Source: Candidatus Krumholzibacteriales bacterium
Lineage (GTDB): Bacteria > Krumholzibacteriota > Krumholzibacteriia > Krumholzibacteriales > WJIX01
Assembly: GCA_046483305.1 (NCBI GenBank)
Contig: JAWODM010000018.1
Location: forward strand, 28,360-92,359
Length of the DNA: 64,000 bases
Direction of reading: 5' to 3'
Under the pieces are notes generated by a model. The model made no database searches and was not told where the DNA came from. It saw nothing but the letters and a program-made list of their open reading frames with translations. Both the position numbers and the translations under genes were made by a program. The stretch's first letter is position 1. Every line of letters begins with the position of its first letter. Positions 8,661 to 17,589 of the stretch are shown here, one piece after another.

Positions 8661-10109
8661 CTAGAACCTGCTGCTCGAGACAAAATAAAGCCCGCCGTGC
8701 CCGTGCGTGTCTCCGGCATATTCAAGCCGGATCAGATTCTGGAAGGGAGATACTATCTCTATACCACCGCCGGCGGTGGAATGGAAATCGGACAGCCTGA
8801 TAAGGTCGAATGAATCGGTTAGGGCTCCGGTATCCACAAAAGCGGTAAGGTTGACACTCAGGTCAAACCTGCCAATCCAGGGGATACTGTACTCCCGGGG
8901 GCCGAATACCAGTTTCCGCCACTGGAAACTCCCCAGTATCTTGGAAGTGGCTTTTTCTTCGCTGTTATAACCGCGGAGGTCTGAATCCCCCCCCAGCCTC
9001 ATCAGGAAAAAAGATGGCAGGTCGCCGTCCCTGTTGAATATATCGAGGCCCAGTATAAAGGTATCATTATCTGTTACGGGTATGAAGTTCCGGTGGGTGA
9101 ACTGATAAAATGCATAATTCTGCTCGAGTCCTGTCAGAGAGTGAACATAAAGCATATATATATTGGAAATCACCCCGGAAGTAGGCACGATATTTCTGTT
9201 TCTGCTGTCGTACAGAAAGGAGAATCCGGTCGAAGCGAGGCTCTGCCTGAAGAAGACACCGGCCGGGTAATTCACATTCTCCGGTATCGATAATCTCGAC
9301 TCCCTTTCTTCCAGGGAGACGGATGGGAAAAACCAGAGCTGCCTGACCACGCTTTCACTTACAGGAAACCCGAGCCGGATTCCTGCCCCGGTGCGCGCCT
9401 TTATGAAATCATTACTCTCAGGTTCGCGCAGCTTCCTGTAATTGAAAATATTAAGATTAAATCTCAGCCTCCTGCCCAGAAACCAGGGTATGTACCATGA
9501 GGCCCCCCCGCTGTGATCTTCATCGTTCCTCTTCTTGAAATCGACCGAAAGGTGCTCGCCCAGTCCTCTGAAATTATCTATTTTCCATTTCACCCCGTAC
9601 TTGAGTCCCCGTTCGAAATCATAATCCAGCACCGGGTAAGGATACTTCAGAAAGAGATCGGGGCGTTCATTAATCTTCACCATTATACGGCAGCGGTTCC
9701 GCCCCAGCTCTCTGACTGATATGCGCACGCTGGAGAAGTAACCCAGTCCGTAAAGATAGGAAAGGTCCCTCTCCAGGTAATCCGGGGTGAGCCTGGTTCC
9801 CTGCTTGGAGGCCATTTCGCGCAGGATGGTTCTTCGCTTGGTACTGCGGTTCCCCGAAATCACAACCGTATCTATTATCTGGCCGGCAAAATTATCGAAA
9901 TCCGTTTGTTCGGATTCCCCGGCCGGCCTGCACTGGCCGAATAGAAGTCCGCCTCCGCCCGTCAACAGTTCAGCGGATTCCTTTTCAACAGTTTCCAACG
10001 GTTGGGAAGAAGGTCGGGAAGACAGAAGCGCCCCTATTAACAGTATTGATAAAAACAGAATATAATTAACCGATATCTTTTTCAATTCAAACAGCCGGGC
10101 CCGGTTCAA
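8661..10109 (-). CDS. Omp85/BamA-family outer-membrane protein (single POTRA + beta-barrel)
   Basis: 482 aa. N-terminal TM/signal segment, POTRA-like IDTVVISGNRSTKRRTILREM, and a beta-barrel with alternating aromatic pattern ending in ...YFVSSSRF. Only a TTG start is available at 10109, so the start is uncertain. Confidence 0.7.
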   Translation of the reverse strand: MNRARLFELKKISVNYILFLSILLIGALLSSRPSSQPLETVEKESAELLTGGGGLLFGQCRPAGESEQTDFDNFAGQIIDTVVISGNRSTKRRTILREMASKQGTRLTPDYLERDLSYLYGLGYFSSVRISVRELGRNRCRIMVKINERPDLFLKYPYPVLDYDFERGLKYGVKWKIDNFRGLGEHLSVDFKKRNDEDHSGGASWYIPWFLGRRLRFNLNIFNYRKLREPESNDFIKARTGAGIRLGFPVSESVVRQLWFFPSVSLEERESRLSIPENVNYPAGVFFRQSLASTGFSFLYDSRNRNIVPTSGVISNIYMLYVHSLTGLEQNYAFYQFTHRNFIPVTDNDTFILGLDIFNRDGDLPSFFLMRLGGDSDLRGYNSEEKATSKILGSFQWRKLVFGPREYSIPWIGRFDLSVNLTAFVDTGALTDSFDLIRLSDFHSTAGGGIEIVSPFQNLIRLEYAGDTHGHGGLYFVSSSRF

Positions 10110-10192
10110 CAGAATAGACTACTGAACTTAAGATAATACCGGGCCCGGCGGCTGTAAAGCTATTTGCCCCTGTTGGGTTCTGGCCTCAGGGC

Positions 10193-11428
10193 TCACTCTT
10201 CGGTCAGCTCGGCCGATCTGACTATAACCGGAACTGTCCCCGCCCTTGAGATAATGAATGCTCCAACACCGGCAAGCAGCGCCAGGAAGGATACGAATTT
10301 CCCGATAAGCGATATCAGGACAGCAAGCGGTATGAAAGGCATCACTATACTGATTCCGCTGGAAATAATACCGAAAACAGCCAGAATCAGCAGACCAATG
10401 ATACCCTGAACGTATCTGGAATCAATCCCCAGGTTAAATTTCCTGCTGACCGCCCTGCCCAGAGCGAAAGCACCCACGAAATAACCCAGGAAGATGAATG
10501 CCACGTAGCAGAGAACCATCAGAATGGAGACCGGTATTCCTATGATTGTAATACCGATTATCACCGCCGCTATCAGTACCAGAATGGATCCGAACACGAA
10601 GATCAACGCCCCCAGCCCCACCGATTTCAGGAAGGAGCCGGCTATATGATCGGCGGACCTGTCCATCCTCTCCGGGATGAAGTAGACTATCAGAAGAAGC
10701 AGCAGCACCGATCCGAGGAAAATTATCAGCCTTAAGATCAGCTTGAACAACCTTCCCTGAAAAGGCATAAAGGGAAAACCGGCCGGGGAGCTGAGCCCAA
10801 CATCCGCCATATTAGCGGAACCTATCGATATGGTCTGCCCCCTGACAGTGGCATTTTCATCCTTATCCAGATGCCCCATAACGCAGACAACATCACCATT
10901 GACCACCGCGGTTGGCCCTAATCTCAGGTTGCCGAAGATACTGACCGCGTCCCCCTTTACCTTTCCGTCCACCTCCAACCGGCCGAAAATCGCAACGGCG
11001 CTTCCCTGTACCAGTTCAAACTCCTTCACCTTCAAATCGCTGCCTATCTTCACCCTGTCGCCGGTAATTTCCCTGGTGTATCTGTCCTGCTCTCCCATAT
11101 CGAATTTAATGGTCAGGGAATCGGCCGCCTTTATCAACGACTTCTGCTTCTCAATCAGGGATTGCAAATTCTTCTCATCCAGAATAAATTGATCCTTGTC
11201 GCCCCGCTTAACCTTGATCCCGTCATCAGATATCGAAATTTTAACCGACTTCTTCCCAGTCTCATCGCTGCTTTTCGAAAGCGAGTCCGGCTCCGATCCG
11301 CCCTCCATGGTGATGGCAGGGACTAACCTCCCAAAGCTCTCCACTGCGGGGGCATCGAAGTTGAAGAAGGCAGCCGACAGAACTATAAGCACAGCTTTAA
11401 CAATCAGGGAATTAAATAACGCTAACAT
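10193..11428 (-). CDS. polytopic membrane protein with bactofilin/LiaF-like beta-helical extracytoplasmic segment
   Basis: Start at MLALFNSLIV (ATG 11428, SD GGAAAGGAGAA), overlapping the anti-sigma gene by 17 nt. Central repeats GSAVAIFGRLEVDGKVKGDAVSIFGNLRLGPTAVVNGDVVCVMGHL. The C-terminal ~190 aa are multiple hydrophobic helices. Confidence 0.6.
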   Translation of the reverse strand: MLALFNSLIVKAVLIVLSAAFFNFDAPAVESFGRLVPAITMEGGSEPDSLSKSSDETGKKSVKISISDDGIKVKRGDKDQFILDEKNLQSLIEKQKSLIKAADSLTIKFDMGEQDRYTREITGDRVKIGSDLKVKEFELVQGSAVAIFGRLEVDGKVKGDAVSIFGNLRLGPTAVVNGDVVCVMGHLDKDENATVRGQTISIGSANMADVGLSSPAGFPFMPFQGRLFKLILRLIIFLGSVLLLLLIVYFIPERMDRSADHIAGSFLKSVGLGALIFVFGSILVLIAAVIIGITIIGIPVSILMVLCYVAFIFLGYFVGAFALGRAVSRKFNLGIDSRYVQGIIGLLILAVFGIISSGISIVMPFIPLAVLISLIGKFVSFLALLAGVGAFIISRAGTVPVIVRSAELTEE

Positions 11429-12062
11429 GGGATTCTCCTTTCCTCCAGGAGGTACGTGCAAATTTCAGCAGCATGTAGATAATAAGAACCGCTATCAATG
11501 CCCCGGCTACGTATAAACCGGCAGGTATCTCCCTCAGGAACTGAACGACCTTGCCCGCCAGTACCCTGGCGGCAACAATAAATCCGGGATCGGAATTCAG
11601 ATAGTTGATGACTCTTTCATATAAATCCCCGGCCCTTCTCAGCAGCACCGCCGCAGAGAGCAGGAACAGAACCGTTTTTCTGGCGGCTTCGACTATCTCC
11701 AGATAGACCGGCCTGAAAACATACATGAAGAATACGAAAGCGGCGGCAAGAGATCCGGCGATCCGGGCCCAGGCCGGTATCGCGTTCCACTTCCAGTTAA
11801 TATCGCGGACAAATTTCCTGAGAACGTTCTCACGGTATTTGCCGGTGTCGACCTTCGCCATCACCCTGCTGTTGAACTGTTCGGATGGCTGGAAGCGGTC
11901 TATTCCCTGCAGCGTCTCGAAAACTTCCAGAAAATCATTCCCGGCGGCTCTGCATTCCGGGCACTCCGCCCGGTGAGCTTCGAAACGGGCTTTCTCGGCC
12001 GGATCGAGCTCTCCGTCGTAATACTTCTGAATCAACAGCCTGAAAAGATCACAATCCATCAT
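11412..12062 (-). CDS. zf-HC2 (ZAS-type) anti-sigma factor, membrane anchored
   Basis: N-terminal H-x3-C-x2-C motif (HRAECPECR) followed by TM helices. ATGA overlap with the upstream gene. Lies in an operon with an ECF sigma. Confidence 0.75.
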   Translation of the reverse strand: MMDCDLFRLLIQKYYDGELDPAEKARFEAHRAECPECRAAGNDFLEVFETLQGIDRFQPSEQFNSRVMAKVDTGKYRENVLRKFVRDINWKWNAIPAWARIAGSLAAAFVFFMYVFRPVYLEIVEAARKTVLFLLSAAVLLRRAGDLYERVINYLNSDPGFIVAARVLAGKVVQFLREIPAGLYVAGALIAVLIIYMLLKFARTSWRKGESHVSVI

Positions 12063-13162
12063 ACACCCTTTTCCTTTATGGTGATATCTCCGCTGGATGT
12101 TTCTATCAGAACTCTGGATTTACCTTCTCTCACTATTCCGCTCACTCTCTGCCTGGACATGCCGGATATCTGAATCGGAAGGTCCAGCTCGAAATTCCCG
12201 GTGGTAGTGCCGGCCTTAAGGGCAAAACCTCCGCTCAGAATCCTGCTGAAGATAAGCGTCAGATTCCCTCCGGAAGTTCCCAGCCTGTATTCTCTCGGCC
12301 CCTCTCCGGGAGCAGCTTCCACGTAAAGATCGCCGCTTGCGGTGAATGCCTTCACATCGCCTCCCGCATCCGTAATTTCCACATCTCCGCTTGTCACATT
12401 TACCTCCAGGCTGCCCCCGGCCCGTTCCATCTCCACATCTCCGCTTATTGCCTTGATAACCGCTCCCCCCCTGATATCCTTCAAATCAATATCCCCGGAC
12501 GCAACAGATATAATGCATCCGTTCCTGACCTTTACGGCCGATATGTCGCCGCTGGCGGTCTCCACTGCCAGCGAACCTATATCTTCAGCTTCCGCATCGC
12601 CGCTGGCTGTCCTGGCAACCAGCTTTCCCTCGATTACCCGGGCTTTCAGATCCCCGCTGGCTGTGGACACGCTCACATCAGCGGCAATATTATTAACTTC
12701 GATATCACCGCTGGAGGTATCGAATGTAAGATTGAGGGCCCTGGGGACGGTTATATCAAGAGACATACGCAGATTCCTGCCCCCGCCGAAGATAGCTTCG
12801 AAAATATTTATGGTATTATCCTCATTATCGGGATATTCCGTCACCAGCTCTATAGTTCCATCCTTCTCCCTAACCTTAACCAGCAGCTTTTCGGCGAGTT
12901 CCCGGGCATCCTCCTCGGAGCCGGCCCTGACACGCCTGGAAACCTCCACCAGTATGACATCAATCTCCTCCCCCCCGGTTATTTTCACATCGCACCTGCT
13001 GGCTATAATGCCAAGGTTCTTTATACCAGCAGCGGACAATTCCATCCGCTCGGTCTCTTCGTAATCATAGGAAGCGCAAGAGGCCGCAGGCAATATAAAC
13101 AGGATTAAAGTAAGTATTTTCAACATCCCCGCAATCTTCCCGGAATCTTTCTTGAAATTCAT
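12059..13162 (-). CDS. DUF4097-family beta-repeat lipoprotein (LiaG/YvlB-like putative adhesin fold)
   Basis: Start at MNFKKDSGK (ATG 13162, 1 nt after the sigma stop). Lipobox LPAASC. At least 9 repeats of (T/A)SGD(I/L/V)xh (TSSGDIEV, TASGDLKA, TASGDAEA, TASGDISA, ...). Confidence 0.75.
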   Translation of the reverse strand: MNFKKDSGKIAGMLKILTLILFILPAASCASYDYEETERMELSAAGIKNLGIIASRCDVKITGGEEIDVILVEVSRRVRAGSEEDARELAEKLLVKVREKDGTIELVTEYPDNEDNTINIFEAIFGGGRNLRMSLDITVPRALNLTFDTSSGDIEVNNIAADVSVSTASGDLKARVIEGKLVARTASGDAEAEDIGSLAVETASGDISAVKVRNGCIISVASGDIDLKDIRGGAVIKAISGDVEMERAGGSLEVNVTSGDVEITDAGGDVKAFTASGDLYVEAAPGEGPREYRLGTSGGNLTLIFSRILSGGFALKAGTTTGNFELDLPIQISGMSRQRVSGIVREGKSRVLIETSSGDITIKEKGV

Positions 13163-13163
13163 T

Positions 13164-13760
13164 TCAGCCCCCTTCGTCAGCCGGCAGGTTGCCTTCCCGG
13201 TAATCCCTGAAAAAATCAACTATCGTTTTCCTGGCTCTGTGTATCCTCGCTTTCACCGTTCCAAGGGGGATACCCAGTGTTTCGGATATCTCGTCATATG
13301 AGAGGTGTTCCTGGTGACGGAGAAGTACAATCATCCGGTAGTGCTCCGGCAACCTTTCTATGGCCTTTTCCAGTATCACCATTTCCTCCTTCAGTTCCAT
13401 CTCTCGTTCAGGCCCGATCTCATCGGAAGGCAGCTGACGGGGCATTTCGCCGTCATCGCTGTCCACCGGTTTGTCGATCGAAAATACGGTTCGTTTATTC
13501 TTACGTAAAAAGTCGATGCAAAGATTCGAAGTAATTCTGTAAAGCCAGCTCGAAAACGGAAATGAGGGATTATACCTATCCAGTACGTTGAATATCTTGA
13601 CAAAAACATCCTGGGCCAGGTCCTCCGCGTCATCCCGGTTCCGAACCATCCGCAGGCAGATACTGAATACCGGGCCCCGGTACTTTTCGAGGAGTTTCTC
13701 ATAAGCCTTCTCATCTCCTTTCAGGCACCTGCGAATCAGCTGAGCATCTTCTCTTTTCAC
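13164..13760 (-). CDS. ECF (group 4) RNA polymerase sigma-70 family factor
   Basis: 198 aa. Region 2 (DDAEDLAQDVFVKIF...WLYRITSNLCIDFLRK) and region 4 HTH (LSYDEISETLGIPLGTVKARIHRARK). GTG start with AAGGTGAG upstream. Confidence 0.9.
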   Translation of the reverse strand: MKREDAQLIRRCLKGDEKAYEKLLEKYRGPVFSICLRMVRNRDDAEDLAQDVFVKIFNVLDRYNPSFPFSSWLYRITSNLCIDFLRKNKRTVFSIDKPVDSDDGEMPRQLPSDEIGPEREMELKEEMVILEKAIERLPEHYRMIVLLRHQEHLSYDEISETLGIPLGTVKARIHRARKTIVDFFRDYREGNLPADEGG

Positions 13761-13774
13761 ATCTCACCTTAATA

Positions 13775-13802
13775 AGTACGGTTAGGGCTCGAAAATGTTT
13801 CC
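13775..13802 (-). promoter_or_regulatory. candidate ECF-type autoregulated promoter GGAAAC-N16-CGTACT
   Basis: Minus strand reads tGGAAAC-attttcgagccctaac-CGTACT, resembling the GAAAC-N16-CGTA class of ECF promoters. Caveat: it is only 14 nt from the GTG start, so the leader would be very short. Confidence 0.3.
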
Positions 13803-14048
13803 AAGATTATCTTTTAAAAGATATCAGGAACCCGTTCAAGTTAAAAGCTGATTCTGAGAGCATGGCTCTGATCCGAAAAAGCGCGCCGCACTGATGATTC
13901 CAATCCCCGGTAAACAGAAATCCTGACGGGTCTGCCTGGAATTAATTGAGGAGTTTCCCCAAAAAATAAGCCAGAATGTCGGTAAGGTAATCTTTAACAA
14001 CAACTTAGTTTTAATAGCACCTGGAATCGGCCTTAAGCATTGATAGAA

Positions 14049-14197
14049 GCGGCTGAGTGATTAATTCAAAACCCTCCGGAGGGCGAGCGGGCATGGTTTT
14101 CTGACCCGCAGGGTCAGAAAGAGCGATGTGCGAGGCGGGAGTTGCGGTTTCCTCGCCGGGGAAACCGACAACGATTTTGAATTAATCACTCAGCCGC
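14049..14197. repeat. 149-nt nested perfect-palindrome element (candidate structured RNA or MITE-like element)
   Basis: 23-nt arm GCGGCTGAGTGATTAATTCAAAA (14049-14071) is perfectly complementary to 14175-14197. The enclosed 103 nt hold three perfect hairpins (14072-14083, 14098-14120, 14145-14167). A second, outer inverted repeat lies at 13950-13962 / 14239-14251. Confidence 0.6.
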
Positions 14198-14265
14198 AAA
14201 CCAAACGAATAATTAAACTACCTGATAGATTATAAAAATTGGGGAAACTCCAAGAATTAATTTTC

Positions 14266-15642
<1,377 letters not shown>

Positions 15643-15664
15643 CTTATGACGGGAGGTTACAGTA

Positions 15665-16063
15665 ATGAAAAGTCTGTGGGGAGACAGGAATCAGTACCTG
15701 AGGATAAGAAGCAGAAGAATTGATGTCTCCAGGAAATTTGCCCGTCTGCTCATAGGTGGGGTATTAATACTTATTTTCATGATATTTACAGCCGGTGACA
15801 CCGGCTTCATCAATATGTGGAAGGCTCACGGTAAGCTGGAGAATATTGAATCCAGGATAGAGATTCTGAAAAACAGCAATAATCAGCTGCAGGAAAAGAT
15901 AACGTCTCTGAAGAACGACCCCTTTGCCATAGAAAAGGTTGCCCGCGAAGAGTACGGATATATAAGGCCCGGCGACAGGGTCCTGCGCCTGAACGTTCTT
16001 CCACGGAAAGAAAGAAGCGAACCCGAATCGAGTTTACTTGACATTGGAGAAGACAACAAATAA
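15665..16063 (+). CDS. ftsB: septum formation initiator FtsB/DivIC family protein
   Basis: 132 aa. Single N-terminal TM helix, a coiled coil (LENIESRIEILKNSNNQLQEKITSLKND), then the family signature PFAIEKVAREEYGYIRPGD. Confidence 0.8.
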   Translation: MKSLWGDRNQYLRIRSRRIDVSRKFARLLIGGVLILIFMIFTAGDTGFINMWKAHGKLENIESRIEILKNSNNQLQEKITSLKNDPFAIEKVAREEYGYIRPGDRVLRLNVLPRKERSEPESSLLDIGEDNK

Positions 16064-16085
16064 CTTACTAATGCGCATGAAATAT

Positions 16086-16162
16086 TGCGGGGTAGAGCAG
16101 TCTGGTAGCTCATTGGGCTCATAACCCAAAGGTCGCTGGTTCAAATCCAGCCCCCGCTACCA
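16086..16162 (+). tRNA. initiator tRNA-Met (CAT anticodon), CCA encoded
   Basis: 77 nt, near-colinear with the canonical bacterial tRNA-fMet. Anticodon stem-loop GGGCTCATAACCC with three G:C pairs, A11:T24, T-arm GCTGGTTCAAATCCAGC, 3' ACCA. Positions 1 and 72 are unpaired (T/T). Confidence 0.9.
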
Positions 16163-16168
16163 TAAATA

Positions 16169-16198
16169 AGCCCCCGGATCAACTCCGGGGGCTTTATT
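16169..16198 (+). terminator. rho-independent terminator after the tRNA (possibly bidirectional)
   Basis: AGCCCCCGGA-tcaac-TCCGGGGGCT followed by TTATT. It sits between the tRNA and the convergent peptidase gene that ends at 16210. Confidence 0.75.
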
Positions 16199-16209
16199 CA
16201 TGAGATTGA

Positions 16210-17526
16210 TCATTCCTCCGCCGCTTTCTCCGCTTCCCTGAATTTCGGCTCCAGGCCTTCCAGCACGTCGCGGTGAACTGTATAAGTAAGCATTTTGAGT
16301 TTTATATAATCTCCACGGTAAAAGAGATAACCGTGGAACTTTCCGTGCCTGGAACTGCGCGAGGAATCCTTGATCAGGAACCAGTCATCGCCGCCCTTTT
16401 TCATGTGGGCGAGCAGGTGAATCCCGTGGTCGTCGGTGGTTGTCCTGTTGTAAATACGGAATTCTCTGGAATCCTGGTTTATGTAATCTCCCGGAATATC
16501 ATAGTCGGGGATTATCGCTCCGTCCTCGAAACCGTTGTATCCCGGCTCTGAAACATCACCGCCTATGCAGACCGTATAACCTTCTGAGGCCGCCTTTACG
16601 ATATGACTGTAGAACTCATCCAACGGAAGGTTATAGTAAGTATCGGTGGGCCTCCAGTTGTCCGGCACATCGAACTCCGCCTGCACATAGAAAGGCTCGG
16701 ACATGGTAGACATCACCTGAACGTAATCGCCGGTATCCACCTTGAGGACATCTTCCAGGAACTGAATAGGGGTCATGACCTCCCCCTCGAACCTGAACTT
16801 CTCCGGTGGCCTGCCCAGGTATTTATCCAGGATAACCCTGATGTGGGCGATATTCTCCTCCTCATCCCAGGTTCCGTTCTCCCTGACGCATTCAAGGTAA
16901 TCCATCATCTCCGAGCGCAGCATCTTATGGTTGTGCCTGTCCCGCCCCCCGGTCAGGCCAGGGTATGCTTCCAGCGGTACCACACCGTAGCTGTCCCATA
17001 TGATAAACAAGCCGTCAGATTCGCCTCCCTGGGCGAAGGGCTGATGCCCCCTTTTCCTGATATAACCCCTGGCCTTTTCCACATACTCCCAGTAGACAGT
17101 GTACATCTCGGACAGCTTGATCTCCCTGCCTGTCAGCCTCGCAATTTCAGACTCCATGAATGAAGTGGTGCAGAAACACCAGCAGGTCCCGGTGTAGTAC
17201 TGGGGAACCGGGTCGAAATGGAAGGGCGGATCGAAGCTTTCCGGCGATTCGGGTTTTTCTATTCCCTTGAAATCGAGCCGTATTTCCTCCCTTTCCTCTC
17301 TCTCTTTTTCCTTTTTCTTCCTGAATTTCTCGTTAATCTCAGCCGTGATACTGTCCCTGAGAGCTTTCAGGCTGTCCATTTCCTCTTTCATTCTCTTGAG
17401 AACGGGATCCCGGTAATCCCTGCAGTAGGTTACGTGATCTCTCTTATCATCGCCGCGAGAAACCTCCGGCAGAAGAAGCGCAACGGAGAATGCTGCTAGC
17501 GAAAGTATAATGAATAGTTTCCGCAT
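16210..17526 (-). CDS. secreted C1-family cysteine peptidase (aminopeptidase C / bleomycin hydrolase-like)
   Basis: 438 aa. Signal peptide MRKLFIILSLAAFSVALLL. Catalytic Cys context YYTGTCWCFCTTSF. C-terminal His region DDHGIHLLAH...WFLIKDSS. Charged coiled region near the N-terminus. Confidence 0.65.
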   Translation of the reverse strand: MRKLFIILSLAAFSVALLLPEVSRGDDKRDHVTYCRDYRDPVLKRMKEEMDSLKALRDSITAEINEKFRKKKEKEREEREEIRLDFKGIEKPESPESFDPPFHFDPVPQYYTGTCWCFCTTSFMESEIARLTGREIKLSEMYTVYWEYVEKARGYIRKRGHQPFAQGGESDGLFIIWDSYGVVPLEAYPGLTGGRDRHNHKMLRSEMMDYLECVRENGTWDEEENIAHIRVILDKYLGRPPEKFRFEGEVMTPIQFLEDVLKVDTGDYVQVMSTMSEPFYVQAEFDVPDNWRPTDTYYNLPLDEFYSHIVKAASEGYTVCIGGDVSEPGYNGFEDGAIIPDYDIPGDYINQDSREFRIYNRTTTDDHGIHLLAHMKKGGDDWFLIKDSSRSSRHGKFHGYLFYRGDYIKLKMLTYTVHRDVLEGLEPKFREAEKAAEE

Positions 17527-17589
17527 ACCTTACCTCTCTTTCCTGAACTGGCGGGGAGCGGGGGATACAATCCCGGCTCCCCGTTAAGA

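Noticed and set aside
12342-13064. 240-aa plus-strand ORF, Ser/Thr/Pro-rich
   Set aside because: It is the antisense of the DUF4097 repeat gene. The periodic (T/A)SGD codons read backwards give the S/P/I repeats. It is not an independent gene.
14049-14197. Retron msr/msd-like or CRISPR/tracr-like identity for the palindromic element
   Set aside because: There is no reverse transcriptase, cas gene or repeat array anywhere in the window. The structure is branched rather than retron-like.
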